Source of the DNA: Candidatus Latescibacterota bacterium
GTDB taxonomy: Bacteria; Latescibacterota; CBDEFO01
Direction: 5' to 3'
DNA: 64,000 nucleotides
Assembly (NCBI GenBank): GCA_965248755.1
Contig: OZ252149.1
Coordinates: 192,001-256,000, forward strand
How positions within the stretch are numbered: the first letter of the stretch is position 1; every line of letters begins with the position of its first letter. A program made the translations under genes and the position numbers. The notes under the pieces are model-generated. The model saw only the letters and a program-made list of their open reading frames with translations, was not told the origin of the DNA and searched no databases. Shown here in pieces: positions 21,374 to 31,765 of this stretch.

Positions 21374-22141
21374 ATGAACATGTTAAGTGAGCGGCAAGTT
21401 GAGGCGTACGAGCAGGATGGTTTTCTGTCTGGCATTCGGGTGATGACTGATAAGAAGGAGGTGCAGTCTTACCGGGATTCTTTTGATGCACTGGAGGCGA
21501 AAGAGGGACGTGAAAAAGCTCAGACGGGGCTGTTCAACCGACATGTAGATCAACAATTCATCTGGGAGATTGCGACGCATCCGAAGATCCTGGATAGCGT
21601 GGCCGCGATCATCGGCCCGAACGTGCTGCTACTTTCCACGCATTTCTTCTGCAAATATGGGCCGGAGGAAAAGTTCGTGGCGTGGCATCAAGATCTGCGG
21701 TACTGGGGGCTGGAACCGCCAATCGAAGTCTCGGCCTGGTATGCGGTGGACGACAGCGATCGTGGCAACGGGTGCATGCGGGTGATCCCACGGCTGCACC
21801 GGGACCGACTGATGAATCACGGTAAATCAAAGCAGCAAGGCAACTTGTTAAGCATCAATCAAGAGGTCGAACTAACCGAGCAAGAGGAGAAGGACGCAGT
21901 GGATTGTATCCTGCCAGCGGGTGAGATTTCGCTGCACGATGGGATGCTTATCCATGGTAGTTTGCCGAATCGATCGCCGCGACGCCGCTGCGGACTGACA
22001 GTCCGTTATATTCCCACGCACGTCAAGCCGACCGCGGCGGGTCCGCTTGGCATCGATTTAAAGTGGAGACCCATTCTGGTGAGGGGCACAGACCGTGAAA
22101 AGAACTTCAAGGTACAAGGACATCCGTTTCCTATAAGGTAG
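21374..22141 (+). CDS. Phytanoyl-CoA dioxygenase (PhyH) family Fe/2OG dioxygenase, probable integron cassette
   Basis: WHQD...H(GS).N.S..RR motifs. Preceded by GTTAGGC and followed by the complementary GCCTAAT (22153-22159). Confidence 0.9.
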   Translation: MNMLSERQVEAYEQDGFLSGIRVMTDKKEVQSYRDSFDALEAKEGREKAQTGLFNRHVDQQFIWEIATHPKILDSVAAIIGPNVLLLSTHFFCKYGPEEKFVAWHQDLRYWGLEPPIEVSAWYAVDDSDRGNGCMRVIPRLHRDRLMNHGKSKQQGNLLSINQEVELTEQEEKDAVDCILPAGEISLHDGMLIHGSLPNRSPRRRCGLTVRYIPTHVKPTAAGPLGIDLKWRPILVRGTDREKNFKVQGHPFPIR

Positions 22142-22211
22142 CCAGGGTCCATGCCTAATCAGACGTTCTACGGACGGGTCTTATTCTTTTCCGAAAGGAT
22201 GTGGTGGTTTG

Positions 22212-22496
22212 ATGACTAAGCGTGACTGGTATTGCGAAGATGTCCTCTCGGGGAAGCTCGACGTGCAGCGCGTCTACGAGGACGACCACGTCCTCGCTTT
22301 CCACCATCCCAGACCCGCGGCCGAGATTCACGTCGTTGTGGTCCCCAAGAGCCACGTCCCGTCACTACTCGACGAGGCCGCCCTCGACGGTGACCTTCTG
22401 TCGTCGATGGTCCGAGCGATTCAAGCAACCGTGACTCCGCACATGCACTGGCATGTTCTCGGGCCGGGTGCAGGTGCCGATTGGCCTAGGTTGTGA
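22212..22496 (+). pseudogene. HIT family protein, apparently internally shortened
   Basis: VYEDDHVLAFH..P.AEIHVVVVPK.H and HMHWH triad. The segment normally preceding the triad appears missing. Confidence 0.65.
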
Positions 22497-22669
22497 TGCG
22501 GTCGCGTCGCCCTGGTCTTCATCGGCGAAGTGTTGGTCGTCGCCGTAGAACACGCCAATCGAGCCGACCTGCTGAGTTCCCGATTTTTCGAAGTTGAACT
22601 TCCGCATAGAGCCATTACGATTGATCAAGAGTTCGTTCTGCCAATAACGAGGCGGCTCATTGGCATACC

Positions 22670-22929
22670 GTTAGGAAAATGAACATGTTAAGTTAGCGGC
22701 AAGTTGAGGCGTACGAGCAGGATGGTTTTCTGTCTGGAATTCGGGTGATGACTGATAAGAAGGAGGTGCAGTATTACCGGGATTCTTTTGATGCACTGGA
22801 GGCGAAAGAGGGCAGTGAAAAAGCTCAGACGGGGCTGTTCGACCGACATTTTGATCAACAGTTCATCTGGGAGATTGCGACGCATCCGAAGATCCTGGAT
22901 AGCGTGGCCGCGATCATCGGCCCGAACGT
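22670..22929 (+). pseudogene. Truncated second copy of the PhyH cassette 5' end
   Basis: Near-identical to 21365-21624, starting exactly at GTTAGG. Early TAG (ATG TTA AGT TAG). Confidence 0.85.
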
Positions 22930-23110
22930 CTGGGTAAGCCAGGACCATACGGCCCATGCCGACAAAGTCGACCATATTTTTCCTCACGACGGCTTGCGCG
23001 ACGTTAGGGAGCCAATCTTGCAGATAAGAATATCCGAAACCAACGTAAATCAAGTTGGGGCGCTGTTTCTTTAATGTTGCCACGGTCGATATCTGGGCTG
23101 CACAACTGTG
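22930..23110 (-). pseudogene. NADH:flavin oxidoreductase C-terminal fragment
   Basis: VGFGYSYLQDWLPNVAQAVV....VDFVGMGRMVLAYPD resembles an OYE-like FMN phosphate-binding region. Confidence 0.65.
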
Positions 23111-23274
23111 GTTAGCCGTTATTCACTTGAAGGGGAACAGACATAAGTCAGGTAAATATCCAGATGTCATAATAGACCGAAATGTTGAGTTTTTGTTGAC
23201 ATCCAAGATTGTTCTTGGTATTTTTCCTCTCGAGTATAGCCCGCACACAGAATTATTTGATTTAGATTGCAAAG

Positions 23275-23351
23275 TAAATAAGACGTATAGTCCACAATTC
23301 AAGACCAAGGTAGTGCTTGAAACGTTGCAGGGGGAAGAAAGCGCAGCCTAA
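23275..23351 (+). mobile_element. IS3-family OrfA N-terminal remnant
   Basis: KTYSPQFKTKVVLETLQGEESAA resembles the start of an HTH_Tnp_1 domain. Confidence 0.5.
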
Positions 23352-23383
23352 AATGGGGAATCCACACTAAGAGAAAGAGGGAC

Positions 23384-25237
23384 ATGAAGCTCGCCACATT
23401 TGTAGAACAGGGCAAGGAGCGGTTCGGGATTATTCTGAACCATCCGGCAACCGGAACGGACTGGATCTTCGATCCGGAAGAGACTGAGAGGCGGCTGGAA
23501 CAGTATGCATCAGGTGGGTCGACCGGTTATCGTGTCAATCGCCCACATTTTCTTCAGCTGAGACCCTGGCCAAGGGACCTGAAGACCTTCCTGGCCTTGG
23601 GAGAACCGGGCATGACTGCTGCTCTCCGGCTCCTTGACTTTCTGCAGCGATTTCTAGAGCAGTCCGATCAGTTCCTCATGATCGGAGCGGGGTTCCCAGT
23701 GGATGAAGTACGGCTGCGCGCCCCGATCCCTCGACCTCGGCTGTACTTCGGCATGGTTGGTAACTCGCCGTCCTTTGTCCGCCATGCACCCAGTTGGGTC
23801 TCCCTCAACCTCTATCCAAAAGGTCATCAGCGCCCTCAGGGGACAGTGATAGGGCCAGGCGAGCCTCTGGTCCTGCCCAAAAACGGCCTCCCATGGGGAT
23901 TTAACGTCGAGTTAGGCGTGATTATAGGGCAGGGCGGACGTTATATCCCGGTAGACCAGGCGATGCAGCACGTTGCGGGTTTTACCGTTGTGACTGATGC
24001 GTGTGGCAACAACTATACTTGCCAGATACAAGCCGGGGCCGGCAAAGCTGACTTTCTGGATGGCGCCACCGAATCGTGGGGCGGCAAAAAGTGCGATACT
24101 ATGTGCCCTATGGGTCCTTATCTGGTCACTCGCGATGAAATCGGTAATGTCTACGATCTGCTGGTCTATACCCGCCAGTCGGGCTGGCTGCGAGACCGTT
24201 CTCACACAGCAGGCTCGTTACTGGGTGTAGAGCGGCTTATCCACTGGTTCTCATCTTTCGCAACCCTCTATCCTGGCGATGTGCTCCACTGTGCGACGAT
24301 GGGAGTAGATGGCTTATCGTGCGACGAGGACGTGCGCTTTGGCCCGAATGACTACATAGAGTCGGAGATTGAAAGAGTCGGCGTATTGCGCAATCCCGTG
24401 GTCATTCCAGATCATGAGGGAGGAGACTGGAGACCTGCCGATAACGTAGGACGAACAGTGCATCCCGCCCCTGCCGTGCGGGATTTGTTCCTGGAAGGTG
24501 CATCGGAGCTTCCCCAATCCGATGCATGGCGGATTGAGGATGCTCGCCACCTTTGGACCTTGTACGGGAATTACACAGATGTCGAAAAGGTGGAAGGGGC
24601 CTCAGTGGGTAAATACCCTCGATTCCTCAACGGTCCTAATTCTGCATTGAGCCGATCTCCGGCGGAGGTGGAGATTCCACCGCGGGCTCGGGCCGTCCAC
24701 GCTGGGCCGGAGTTGGCCTTCATAGTTCGCAAGGTCGCCTGCCGAGTACCCGAGTCGGAAGCGGACGAGTACATTCTGGGTTATGTACCGCTTGCTTCGT
24801 TCTGTGACCTCTCGTTCAAGGACGAGATCAGACAGATCTTGGACGATCACGACTGGGGCATGCCTAAGGTGTACGGCAGGTGGGCCGACGGTTTCTGTGT
24901 GGTCGATGAGACACCTATCCCTTTGTCGGCTGCGCAGTTGAAGGGTAGAGAAATGATTCTACGGATCGAGGGGTTTGGTCAAGCACTGGGAAATACCGAT
25001 GAATATGTTCATCTGGCCGCTCAGACCCTGGCGTTTATCACCCAGGGTATTACTCTCTTTCCCGGCGATATGGTGACTCTGGGGCGAGTTGCGAAGCAAG
25101 TGATCATTGCCTCCGATCAGAAGATTCCGCGGGGCACGCGCGGCGAGGCGACAGTAGAGGGGGTGGGAAGCGTCGAATTCGTACTCAAAGACAGGAGCCG
25201 ATCGAGACAGCAACAAGAGGTCGAGAGTCAAGTGTAA
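23384..25237 (+). CDS. Fumarylacetoacetate hydrolase family protein with two FAH domains
   Basis: VELGVIIG, PMGPYLVT and TLYPGD in domain 1; PELAFIV and TLFPGD in domain 2. Confidence 0.85.
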   Translation: MKLATFVEQGKERFGIILNHPATGTDWIFDPEETERRLEQYASGGSTGYRVNRPHFLQLRPWPRDLKTFLALGEPGMTAALRLLDFLQRFLEQSDQFLMIGAGFPVDEVRLRAPIPRPRLYFGMVGNSPSFVRHAPSWVSLNLYPKGHQRPQGTVIGPGEPLVLPKNGLPWGFNVELGVIIGQGGRYIPVDQAMQHVAGFTVVTDACGNNYTCQIQAGAGKADFLDGATESWGGKKCDTMCPMGPYLVTRDEIGNVYDLLVYTRQSGWLRDRSHTAGSLLGVERLIHWFSSFATLYPGDVLHCATMGVDGLSCDEDVRFGPNDYIESEIERVGVLRNPVVIPDHEGGDWRPADNVGRTVHPAPAVRDLFLEGASELPQSDAWRIEDARHLWTLYGNYTDVEKVEGASVGKYPRFLNGPNSALSRSPAEVEIPPRARAVHAGPELAFIVRKVACRVPESEADEYILGYVPLASFCDLSFKDEIRQILDDHDWGMPKVYGRWADGFCVVDETPIPLSAAQLKGREMILRIEGFGQALGNTDEYVHLAAQTLAFITQGITLFPGDMVTLGRVAKQVIIASDQKIPRGTRGEATVEGVGSVEFVLKDRSRSRQQQEVESQV

Positions 25238-25476
25238 TACTATAGAAGGAGGTATCTATGAAGCGAAGAAACTTTACGTTGCCGCTGTTAGACAGGTACC
25301 AACACTTCTAACCCGAATAATTCGTGAAATCTGAGAAATCTGCATAAATACTGGACTTTCCAGTTATCGCACGAAAACAAAGTTTGTTAGCCTAAATTGT
25401 ATAATCGATTGTCGTACATAGAATTATAGAAATTTTCAGCAAGTTTATGAATTAATCAGGCTAAAAGGATATTCAG

Positions 25477-26673
25477 ATGCTGTCTAATCGTCCCAAAATC
25501 GCTGCCATCGTCACGGAGTACCGCAAGCACTCCCATGGCCAGCACATTATTGACCGCTTCCTGGAGGGGTACGGCTGGAATAGTCGGCACCATCGCCCGC
25601 CCATGGACCTGGTCTCCCTCTACGTCGACCAAGTCAAAGAAGAAGATCTGAGCCGCGATCGTGCCGAGCGCTTTCCTGCCATGAAGATTTATCGCACTAT
25701 CGCTGACGCCCTGACCCTGGGAGGCAGCAAGTTAGCAGTCGACGGCGTTCTTCTCATCGGCGAGCACGGCAACTATCCGACCAACGAAAAGGGCCAGCGC
25801 CTCTACCCGCGCTACGAGTTCTTCAAGCAAATCGTCGCTGTCTTCAGAACTACCGGCCAAACCGCCTCCATCTTCAACGACAAACACCTGTCGTGGAACT
25901 GGGATTGGGCCCGGGAGATGTACGACATCTCTCAAGAGATGGACTTTGCATTCATGGCCGGCTCGTCCCTGCCGGTCACCTGGCGCACCCCGTCCATTGA
26001 TATGCCCTTGGGCGTCCGCGTCCGGGAGGCCATGTGCATCGCATACGGCGGTGTCGACAGCTACGACTTCCATGCACTGGAGACAATCCAGTGCATGGTG
26101 GAACGCCGCAAGGGCGGCGAAAAGGGCGTCAAGTGGCTGCAGGCCTACCGCGGCGACCCCTTCTGGGAGGCCCATCATCAAGGGCTCTGGTCTCGCCAGC
26201 TCTTCGAGGCAGCCCTCTGCCGCAGTCACACCCTCGCCCCCTCGCGACCGGGCTTCAACAACATCTTCCCGACCCTGGACGAGATGAAGAAACTTGTAGA
26301 AGATCCCATCGCCTACCAGTACGAGCACGTGGACGGCCTCAAGTCCACCATGATCCTGATGAACGGCCTGGTGCAGGACTTCAACTTCGCCGCCTACCTT
26401 GAGGGCCAGGGTGCACTGCTGTCCACTCAGATGTACCTGCCCATGCCGCCGGACCGCACAACCCTGGCTAACTTCTTCAGTCCCCAGGTAAACAACGTCG
26501 AAAAGATGTTCCTGACCGGCCAGCCATCGTACCCTGTCGAGCGCACCCTGCTGACCACCGGTCTGGTGGCCGCTGGCGTGGAGAGCCTCTTTCAGGACCA
26601 GAAGCGACAGGAGACCCCGCATCTGTCCATCTCCTATGAGGCGCCCGAGGAATCCAACTTCTGGAGGACATAA
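25477..26673 (+). CDS. Conserved hypothetical protein, probable Gfo/Idh/MocA-like fold (paralog A)
   Basis: AVDGVLLIGEHG, FNDKHLS, AGSSLPVTWR and YPVERTLL motifs. Strong codon bias. Confidence 0.8.
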   Translation: MLSNRPKIAAIVTEYRKHSHGQHIIDRFLEGYGWNSRHHRPPMDLVSLYVDQVKEEDLSRDRAERFPAMKIYRTIADALTLGGSKLAVDGVLLIGEHGNYPTNEKGQRLYPRYEFFKQIVAVFRTTGQTASIFNDKHLSWNWDWAREMYDISQEMDFAFMAGSSLPVTWRTPSIDMPLGVRVREAMCIAYGGVDSYDFHALETIQCMVERRKGGEKGVKWLQAYRGDPFWEAHHQGLWSRQLFEAALCRSHTLAPSRPGFNNIFPTLDEMKKLVEDPIAYQYEHVDGLKSTMILMNGLVQDFNFAAYLEGQGALLSTQMYLPMPPDRTTLANFFSPQVNNVEKMFLTGQPSYPVERTLLTTGLVAAGVESLFQDQKRQETPHLSISYEAPEESNFWRT

Positions 26674-26688
26674 GTCAGTAGACAGTAG

Positions 26689-26711
26689 CCCCCGATTGAA
26701 TCTATCGGGGG
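26689..26711. repeat. 23-bp REP-like palindrome CCCCCGATTGAATCTATCGGGGG
   Basis: 8-bp arms and 7-nt loop. One of 8 loci. Confidence 0.85.
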
Positions 26712-26808
26712 TATCTATCACTTCGGGTCTCTATAATTTGTCCGAACTATTTTGACCTGATACTTAGTCGCTGTAATTCACCAAACTCTTTATGGAGAAC
26801 ACGGCAAA

Positions 26809-28002
26809 ATGGCAGCTGACACACCTCCCAAACGCATCGCCGTCATCGCCACCATTTACAGATACCGGTCGCACGCTCAACACTTTGCGGATCGCTTTCT
26901 GGTAGGCTATCCCTACGAAGGCCGCTGGCACAGGCCTAACATGGAGGTTGTCTCGCTCTACGTAGATCAGAAGTCCGAAGGTGACCAGAGCACGGATCGC
27001 TGCCGCGAGTTCGGCCTTTCCGCGTACCCCACGATTGCCCAGGCTCTGCGCTGCGGCGGGGATGACCTTGCCGTGGATGCCGTGTTGATCATCGCCGAGC
27101 ACGGCGACTACCCCAGGAACCAGAAGGAACAGATTCTCTATCCGCGCTACGAGTTCTTCAAGGAGTGCGTTGAGGTCTTCGAGGCGGATGGGCGCTCCTT
27201 GCCCATCTACAACGATAAGCACTTGTCCTACAGCTTTGAGAAGGCCCGGGAAATGTTGGATGACAGTCACCGCTTGGGATTCCCGGTTTTGGCAGGCTCG
27301 TCCCTGCCGGTGACATGGCGCCTGCCTGACATCGAACTGCCCTTAGACTGCGGAATTGATAGTGCTCTAATGGTGGGTATGGGCGAATCGGACGCCATGG
27401 ACTACCACGCCCTCGAGGCCATGCAGTGCATGGTCGAGCGCCGCAAAGGTGGCGAGACCGGGGTCAGGGCTGTGCAGTTGATCGAGGGGGACGCCGTGTG
27501 GGAGGCCGGCGAAGAGGGCCGCTGGTCCAAAGAATTGCTGGAGTCCGCCCTCTCCCGCAGCGATAGGCCGCAGGGCCTCACCATGGAGGATGGCCGCACA
27601 CAGGATATGTTAGGCAACGGAGAGCTTCCCAAACTGGTCGAAAACCCGGCCGCCTATTTCATCGAGTACAACGACGGGCTGCAGGCTACTCTGCTGATGC
27701 TCAGCGGCGCTGTAGGAGACTTCTGCTTTGCCGCCCGCCTCAAGGATGTAGTCAACCCGATCTCCACTCAGTTTTTCCTGACCCCGGGGCCAAACGTTAC
27801 CTACTCGGCCTGCCTGGTGGCCAAGATCGAAGAGATGATCGCCACTGGCACAGCCCCCTTCCCGGCCGAGCGCACCCTCCTGGTCAGCGGTGTCCTGGAG
27901 AGCTGCCTGACCTCGCGCCTGCAGGACCACCAGCGGCTGGAGACCCCACACCTGCGCGTCGAGTACCGCGCTCCAGCCGAGTCCCACCACGCCCGCGGCT
28001 GA
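26809..28002 (+). CDS. Conserved hypothetical protein (paralog B of 25477..26673)
   Basis: Collinear with paralog A (AVDAVLIIAEHG, YNDKHLS, AGSSLPVTWR, QCMVERRKGGE). Confidence 0.8.
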   Translation: MAADTPPKRIAVIATIYRYRSHAQHFADRFLVGYPYEGRWHRPNMEVVSLYVDQKSEGDQSTDRCREFGLSAYPTIAQALRCGGDDLAVDAVLIIAEHGDYPRNQKEQILYPRYEFFKECVEVFEADGRSLPIYNDKHLSYSFEKAREMLDDSHRLGFPVLAGSSLPVTWRLPDIELPLDCGIDSALMVGMGESDAMDYHALEAMQCMVERRKGGETGVRAVQLIEGDAVWEAGEEGRWSKELLESALSRSDRPQGLTMEDGRTQDMLGNGELPKLVENPAAYFIEYNDGLQATLLMLSGAVGDFCFAARLKDVVNPISTQFFLTPGPNVTYSACLVAKIEEMIATGTAPFPAERTLLVSGVLESCLTSRLQDHQRLETPHLRVEYRAPAESHHARG

Positions 28003-28582
28003 AGCTGTTGTCGTTATGGTCTGAATTTCAAGCCCAGTGGATTTTATTCCCAGCTTGGGATACCGATCGATTCACAAGGATAGCGGTTATCCGACTTTAA
28101 TTAGCGCAAGAAAATGAGCCCAGACCTTAGCACTACCCGTTGAATAGTGCTCGGTTGGGCTATCTCGGCAGATCTATGCGGGAGTTGCCAGGGTATTACA
28201 ACCGGGGGGCTCTGTAGGGAAATCTTCACCAATTTAGCAACGGAGTTTGTGGACATCAGTTCCTGGTAAGGCGGGGTCACTGCATCACCGTACCCCGTGC
28301 TGAGAAAGATAGGATCGAGAGGCCCGGCAAAAACGGATTACATCCAGTTTCTGCACTATATGGGTAAATGTTCAGTGGGCTTCTTTCTGTGGAACTATCT
28401 ATTGAACGGGTCAAGGTCTCAACTTATTGCTTCCGACAATGCCCGACAACCGGCCAGGAAACTGGAAACACGTGCTGATGTGTTTGAGTGGTTTCACTAT
28501 AATAGCGCGGAAGGAGTGAGTTGGAAAATGGGTTCCTGATATCATCCCATGGACAAACAACCGAAAGACAAGGGAGGGAAAA

Positions 28583-29065
28583 GTGAGCAAATCCCAGCAG
28601 ACAACAGACTTGGAAAAACGAATGGGAGCACCCGACCTGAGACAACGACCGCCCCGCAGTCCCCGCGTACGCCTTGGGGGTTTCGTAATCCTACCGCGCA
28701 TGTTGGACAAGGGGCGTGCTACCATCGCCAACCAGAACGGCGAATACCATTATGCCTGCCCTCTCGACAAGCGCTTTCTTAGCTACACCGGCATCGACCC
28801 GGAGCAGTTAAAGGAGGAACTAGCCGAGGGTAAGAGCGATTCCGAAATCCTTGAGTGGGTCCAAGCCAATGCCCCTCACAACCCCGAGCCGTGGGAGATC
28901 GCCCAGTGGTCCGCCTATCAGGAAGCCCGCGTTCCCCCCGACCCCGAGTCGCGCGAATTTTTTAACGAACTGCACAAAGCGGCGAGTGAGCAGCGCGAAG
29001 ACATCGCCACCTGGTTCGAATTACTCGACCTGGACGACCACGTCACATGTGGCGGAAAGGCGTGA
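28583..29065 (+). CDS. DUF5069-like protein
   Basis: DLRQRPPRSPRVRLGGFVILPRMLDKGRA...GEYHYACPLD pattern. Confidence 0.8.
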   Translation: MSKSQQTTDLEKRMGAPDLRQRPPRSPRVRLGGFVILPRMLDKGRATIANQNGEYHYACPLDKRFLSYTGIDPEQLKEELAEGKSDSEILEWVQANAPHNPEPWEIAQWSAYQEARVPPDPESREFFNELHKAASEQREDIATWFELLDLDDHVTCGGKA

Positions 29066-29154
29066 ATGATCGGGTCTTGCAAGATCGGCGTATCCCGACC
29101 GCTCAAAGGATCCACAACGCAAACCAATTTATTAAATAGACAGTGGTCGGTAGA

Positions 29155-29193
29155 CTCCTGATTGAATCTATTCCCGATTGAACCTATCGTGGA
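29155..29193. repeat. Degenerate tandem/nested copy of the REP-like palindrome
   Basis: CTCCTGATTGAATCTA-TTCCCGATTGAACCTATCGTGGA. Confidence 0.55.
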
Positions 29194-29313
29194 CTAACGA
29201 GGGAGACAGGGTGCCGTCTCCTATCCCCTCGTGCTGTCTACTACTGTGGACCTCTACAATCTGTCGGCAAGCGATTCCTCGAACTGTAGGAATTTTCTGC
29301 AAAGGAATTGACT

Positions 29314-30777
29314 ATGAAATACTGTGTTAGTCTCTGCTGTGCACTCCTGGGGATCTCGGCTTCAATCTCTGACGCCCAGGACTTGCCAGCGCGCGAGTTG
29401 CGACAGGTCTTTGCGGCCAACGACTTCGTCCAACCACTGTTTCTGACACACGCCGGAGATGGCAGCGACCGCATCTTTGTAGTAGAGAAGCCTGGCCGCG
29501 TCAAGGTAATGCCTAATGTCGACGACGCCGTCGCTACGGATTTCCTGGACATCCGAGATCAGGTAAACGATAAAAGCGAAGGGGGCCTGCTCAGCGTGGC
29601 CTTCCATCCGCGCTACGCAGAAAACGGCCGCTTGTACGTCTACTACACACACGGCGACTTCATCTCACGTGTTTCAGAGTTCGAAGTGTCCGCCGACCCT
29701 GACGCCGCCGATATTCAGAGCGAGCGCGTTCTTTGGGAGACGTCACAGCCATCGGCGATTCACAATGGCGGCCAGCTCGCATTTGGACCGGACGGAATGC
29801 TCTATGTCGGACTGGGCGACGGAGGAGGAGGAGGGTATCCACTCCTGAACGTTCAGGATCCCACTACCTGGTTGGGCTCAATTCTGCGCATCGACGTCGA
29901 CGCTCGCACGGCAGGCCTCGAGTACGGTATCCCGCCTGATAATCCGTTCGTCGGTAACAGTCAAGACTGGCGCGAAGAGATCTGGGCGTACGGACTGCGC
30001 AACCCATGGCGCTTTAGCTTCGACAGGAAAAGCGGGCAGCTGTGGGCAGGAGACGTCGGGCAGAATAGGTGGGAAGAGGTCGATCTCATCGAAAAGGGCG
30101 CAAACTACGGCTGGAACAGGATGGAGGGATTTCATTGCATCTTTATCGACTGCGACACGGTCGGCGTTGCCCTGCCCGTGTTCGAGTATGGGCACATTGG
30201 CGGTGCCGGTGCCGCGGTTACGGGCGGATATGTCTACCGCGCCGCCCGTCTGGGCGGGTTATACGGAGTCTACATCTACGGCGATTTCATAAGCAAGAGA
30301 ATCTGGGGCCTGCGATACGAAGAGGGGAAGGTGCGTTCTAACGACCTGATCGCCACCTGTCCGTCGCACATCAGCAGCTTCGGCGAAGACGAGAGCGGAG
30401 AGATTTACATCGTGGGATTCGAAGGGCCAATCTACGTCTTCGAGCTCCTGCCGGGTGAGATGCCGACCGCCGTCCTATCGGAAGATGGCGAGCTGCCCCA
30501 GGCCGACGCGCTGCACCAGAACTACCCCAATCCGTTCAATCCCTCGACCACTATCTCATTCACGGTGGCAGCGCGCGGTCCGGTCGAACTCAGCATCTTC
30601 GACCTTCTCGGCCGTCGGGTACGGATACTCACCGAAGGACCAAGATCAGCAGGGCAACACACAGTCGTCTGGGATGGCAGCGACGAGAAGGGACGAGCGG
30701 TCGGGTCCGGCATCTACGTCTACCGGATTCGCATCGCTGACTTCGTGCAGACGCGCAAAATGGTGCTGGTCAAGTAG
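29314..30777 (+). CDS. PQQ-dependent glucose/sorbosone dehydrogenase family protein with C-terminal FlgD-Ig/T9SS-like domain
   Basis: Signal peptide. HNGGQLAFGPDGMLY, GLRNPWRFSFD and GANYGW motifs. C-terminal QNYPNPFNP...WDG...SGIY. Confidence 0.9.
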   Translation: MKYCVSLCCALLGISASISDAQDLPARELRQVFAANDFVQPLFLTHAGDGSDRIFVVEKPGRVKVMPNVDDAVATDFLDIRDQVNDKSEGGLLSVAFHPRYAENGRLYVYYTHGDFISRVSEFEVSADPDAADIQSERVLWETSQPSAIHNGGQLAFGPDGMLYVGLGDGGGGGYPLLNVQDPTTWLGSILRIDVDARTAGLEYGIPPDNPFVGNSQDWREEIWAYGLRNPWRFSFDRKSGQLWAGDVGQNRWEEVDLIEKGANYGWNRMEGFHCIFIDCDTVGVALPVFEYGHIGGAGAAVTGGYVYRAARLGGLYGVYIYGDFISKRIWGLRYEEGKVRSNDLIATCPSHISSFGEDESGEIYIVGFEGPIYVFELLPGEMPTAVLSEDGELPQADALHQNYPNPFNPSTTISFTVAARGPVELSIFDLLGRRVRILTEGPRSAGQHTVVWDGSDEKGRAVGSGIYVYRIRIADFVQTRKMVLVK

Positions 30778-30820
30778 GGCGGGACCATCATGACTGAGAG
30801 TCTCGATTAGGAGTAAGGGT

Positions 30821-31765
30821 ATGAAAATTCTGATTACTGTGGAACTGGAAGATCGCCTTGTTGAAGCAATTAGGGCCGTGTCGGATGAAGTGGAAGTTCT
30901 TTGCGCATCTGGCGAAGAAGCGCTGAGCATTATCCCTGAAGTGGAGGTGGTCTGCGGAGGGATTGGGCAGGAGATGTTTCTGAAGGCGGAGAAGCTGAGG
31001 TGGGTGCAGAGCTGGAGTGCGGGAGTGGATGAAATGCTCTTTCCAGAGCTGGTCGCGAGTGAGGTGGTGCTGACCAGCGCCAAGGGGACGGTGGGGGTGC
31101 ATCTGGCCGAGCATGCAATGGGCTTTGCTCTTGGGGCTAACGCGGGGGATCAATCGGGCTGTCCGAAAGCCGAGCTGGGACCAGCGGTTTCCGATTCGCT
31201 CTATATCCTGGGAACTGCTCGACCGGACCATGGGCATCGTCGGACTTGGGGGGACGGGGAGAGAGCTGGCGAGAAGGGCAGGCGCCTTTGGCATGCGCAT
31301 TGTCACCGTCGATCCGGAGGAGGTGGAAGTGCCACCAGAAGTGGAGGTCTGCTGGAAGATGGGTCGTTTCAACGACCTCCTGGCTGAGTCGGATGTGGTG
31401 GCAGTCTGTGCGCCGCTGACGAAGGAGACACAGGGGCTCTTCGACCGCAACGCGTTTCGCCGGATGTTGCCCCACGCGCTGCTGATCAACGTGACACGGA
31501 GGAAGATCGTCGACGAGCAGGCGCTGATGGAGGCATTGAGGACTGCGCAAATCGGCGGTGCCGGGCTGAACGTGCTGCCGGAAGAGCCACTGCCGGAGGT
31601 TCACCCTCTATGGAAAATAGAGAACGTGCTCATCACACCTCACACTGCCGATGGCTCGCCGAACCGGAACGATCGGCTGGTGGATCTGTTCTGCGAGAAT
31701 CTCAAGAGATTTCTGGCAGGCAAAGAATTGCTAAGCCCAATCGACAAAGAGATAAGGGTACTGAT
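30821..31765 (+). pseudogene. D-2-hydroxyacid dehydrogenase, frameshifted
   Basis: Two overlapping ORFs join at EHAM|ALLLG (extra G near 31121). GLGGTG, LINVTR and ITPH motifs. A second shift near the C-terminal GY* and GLDV>GLNV. Confidence 0.8.

Noticed and set aside
25732..26721. 329-aa minus-strand ORF
   Set aside because: Antisense shadow of a high-GC3 gene, with no recognisable motifs. The same applies to most short overlapping ORFs in the track.
31113..31130. Programmed frameshift in the hydroxyacid dehydrogenase
   Set aside because: No slippery sequence. A second frameshift and a motif substitution indicate decay or sequencing error.
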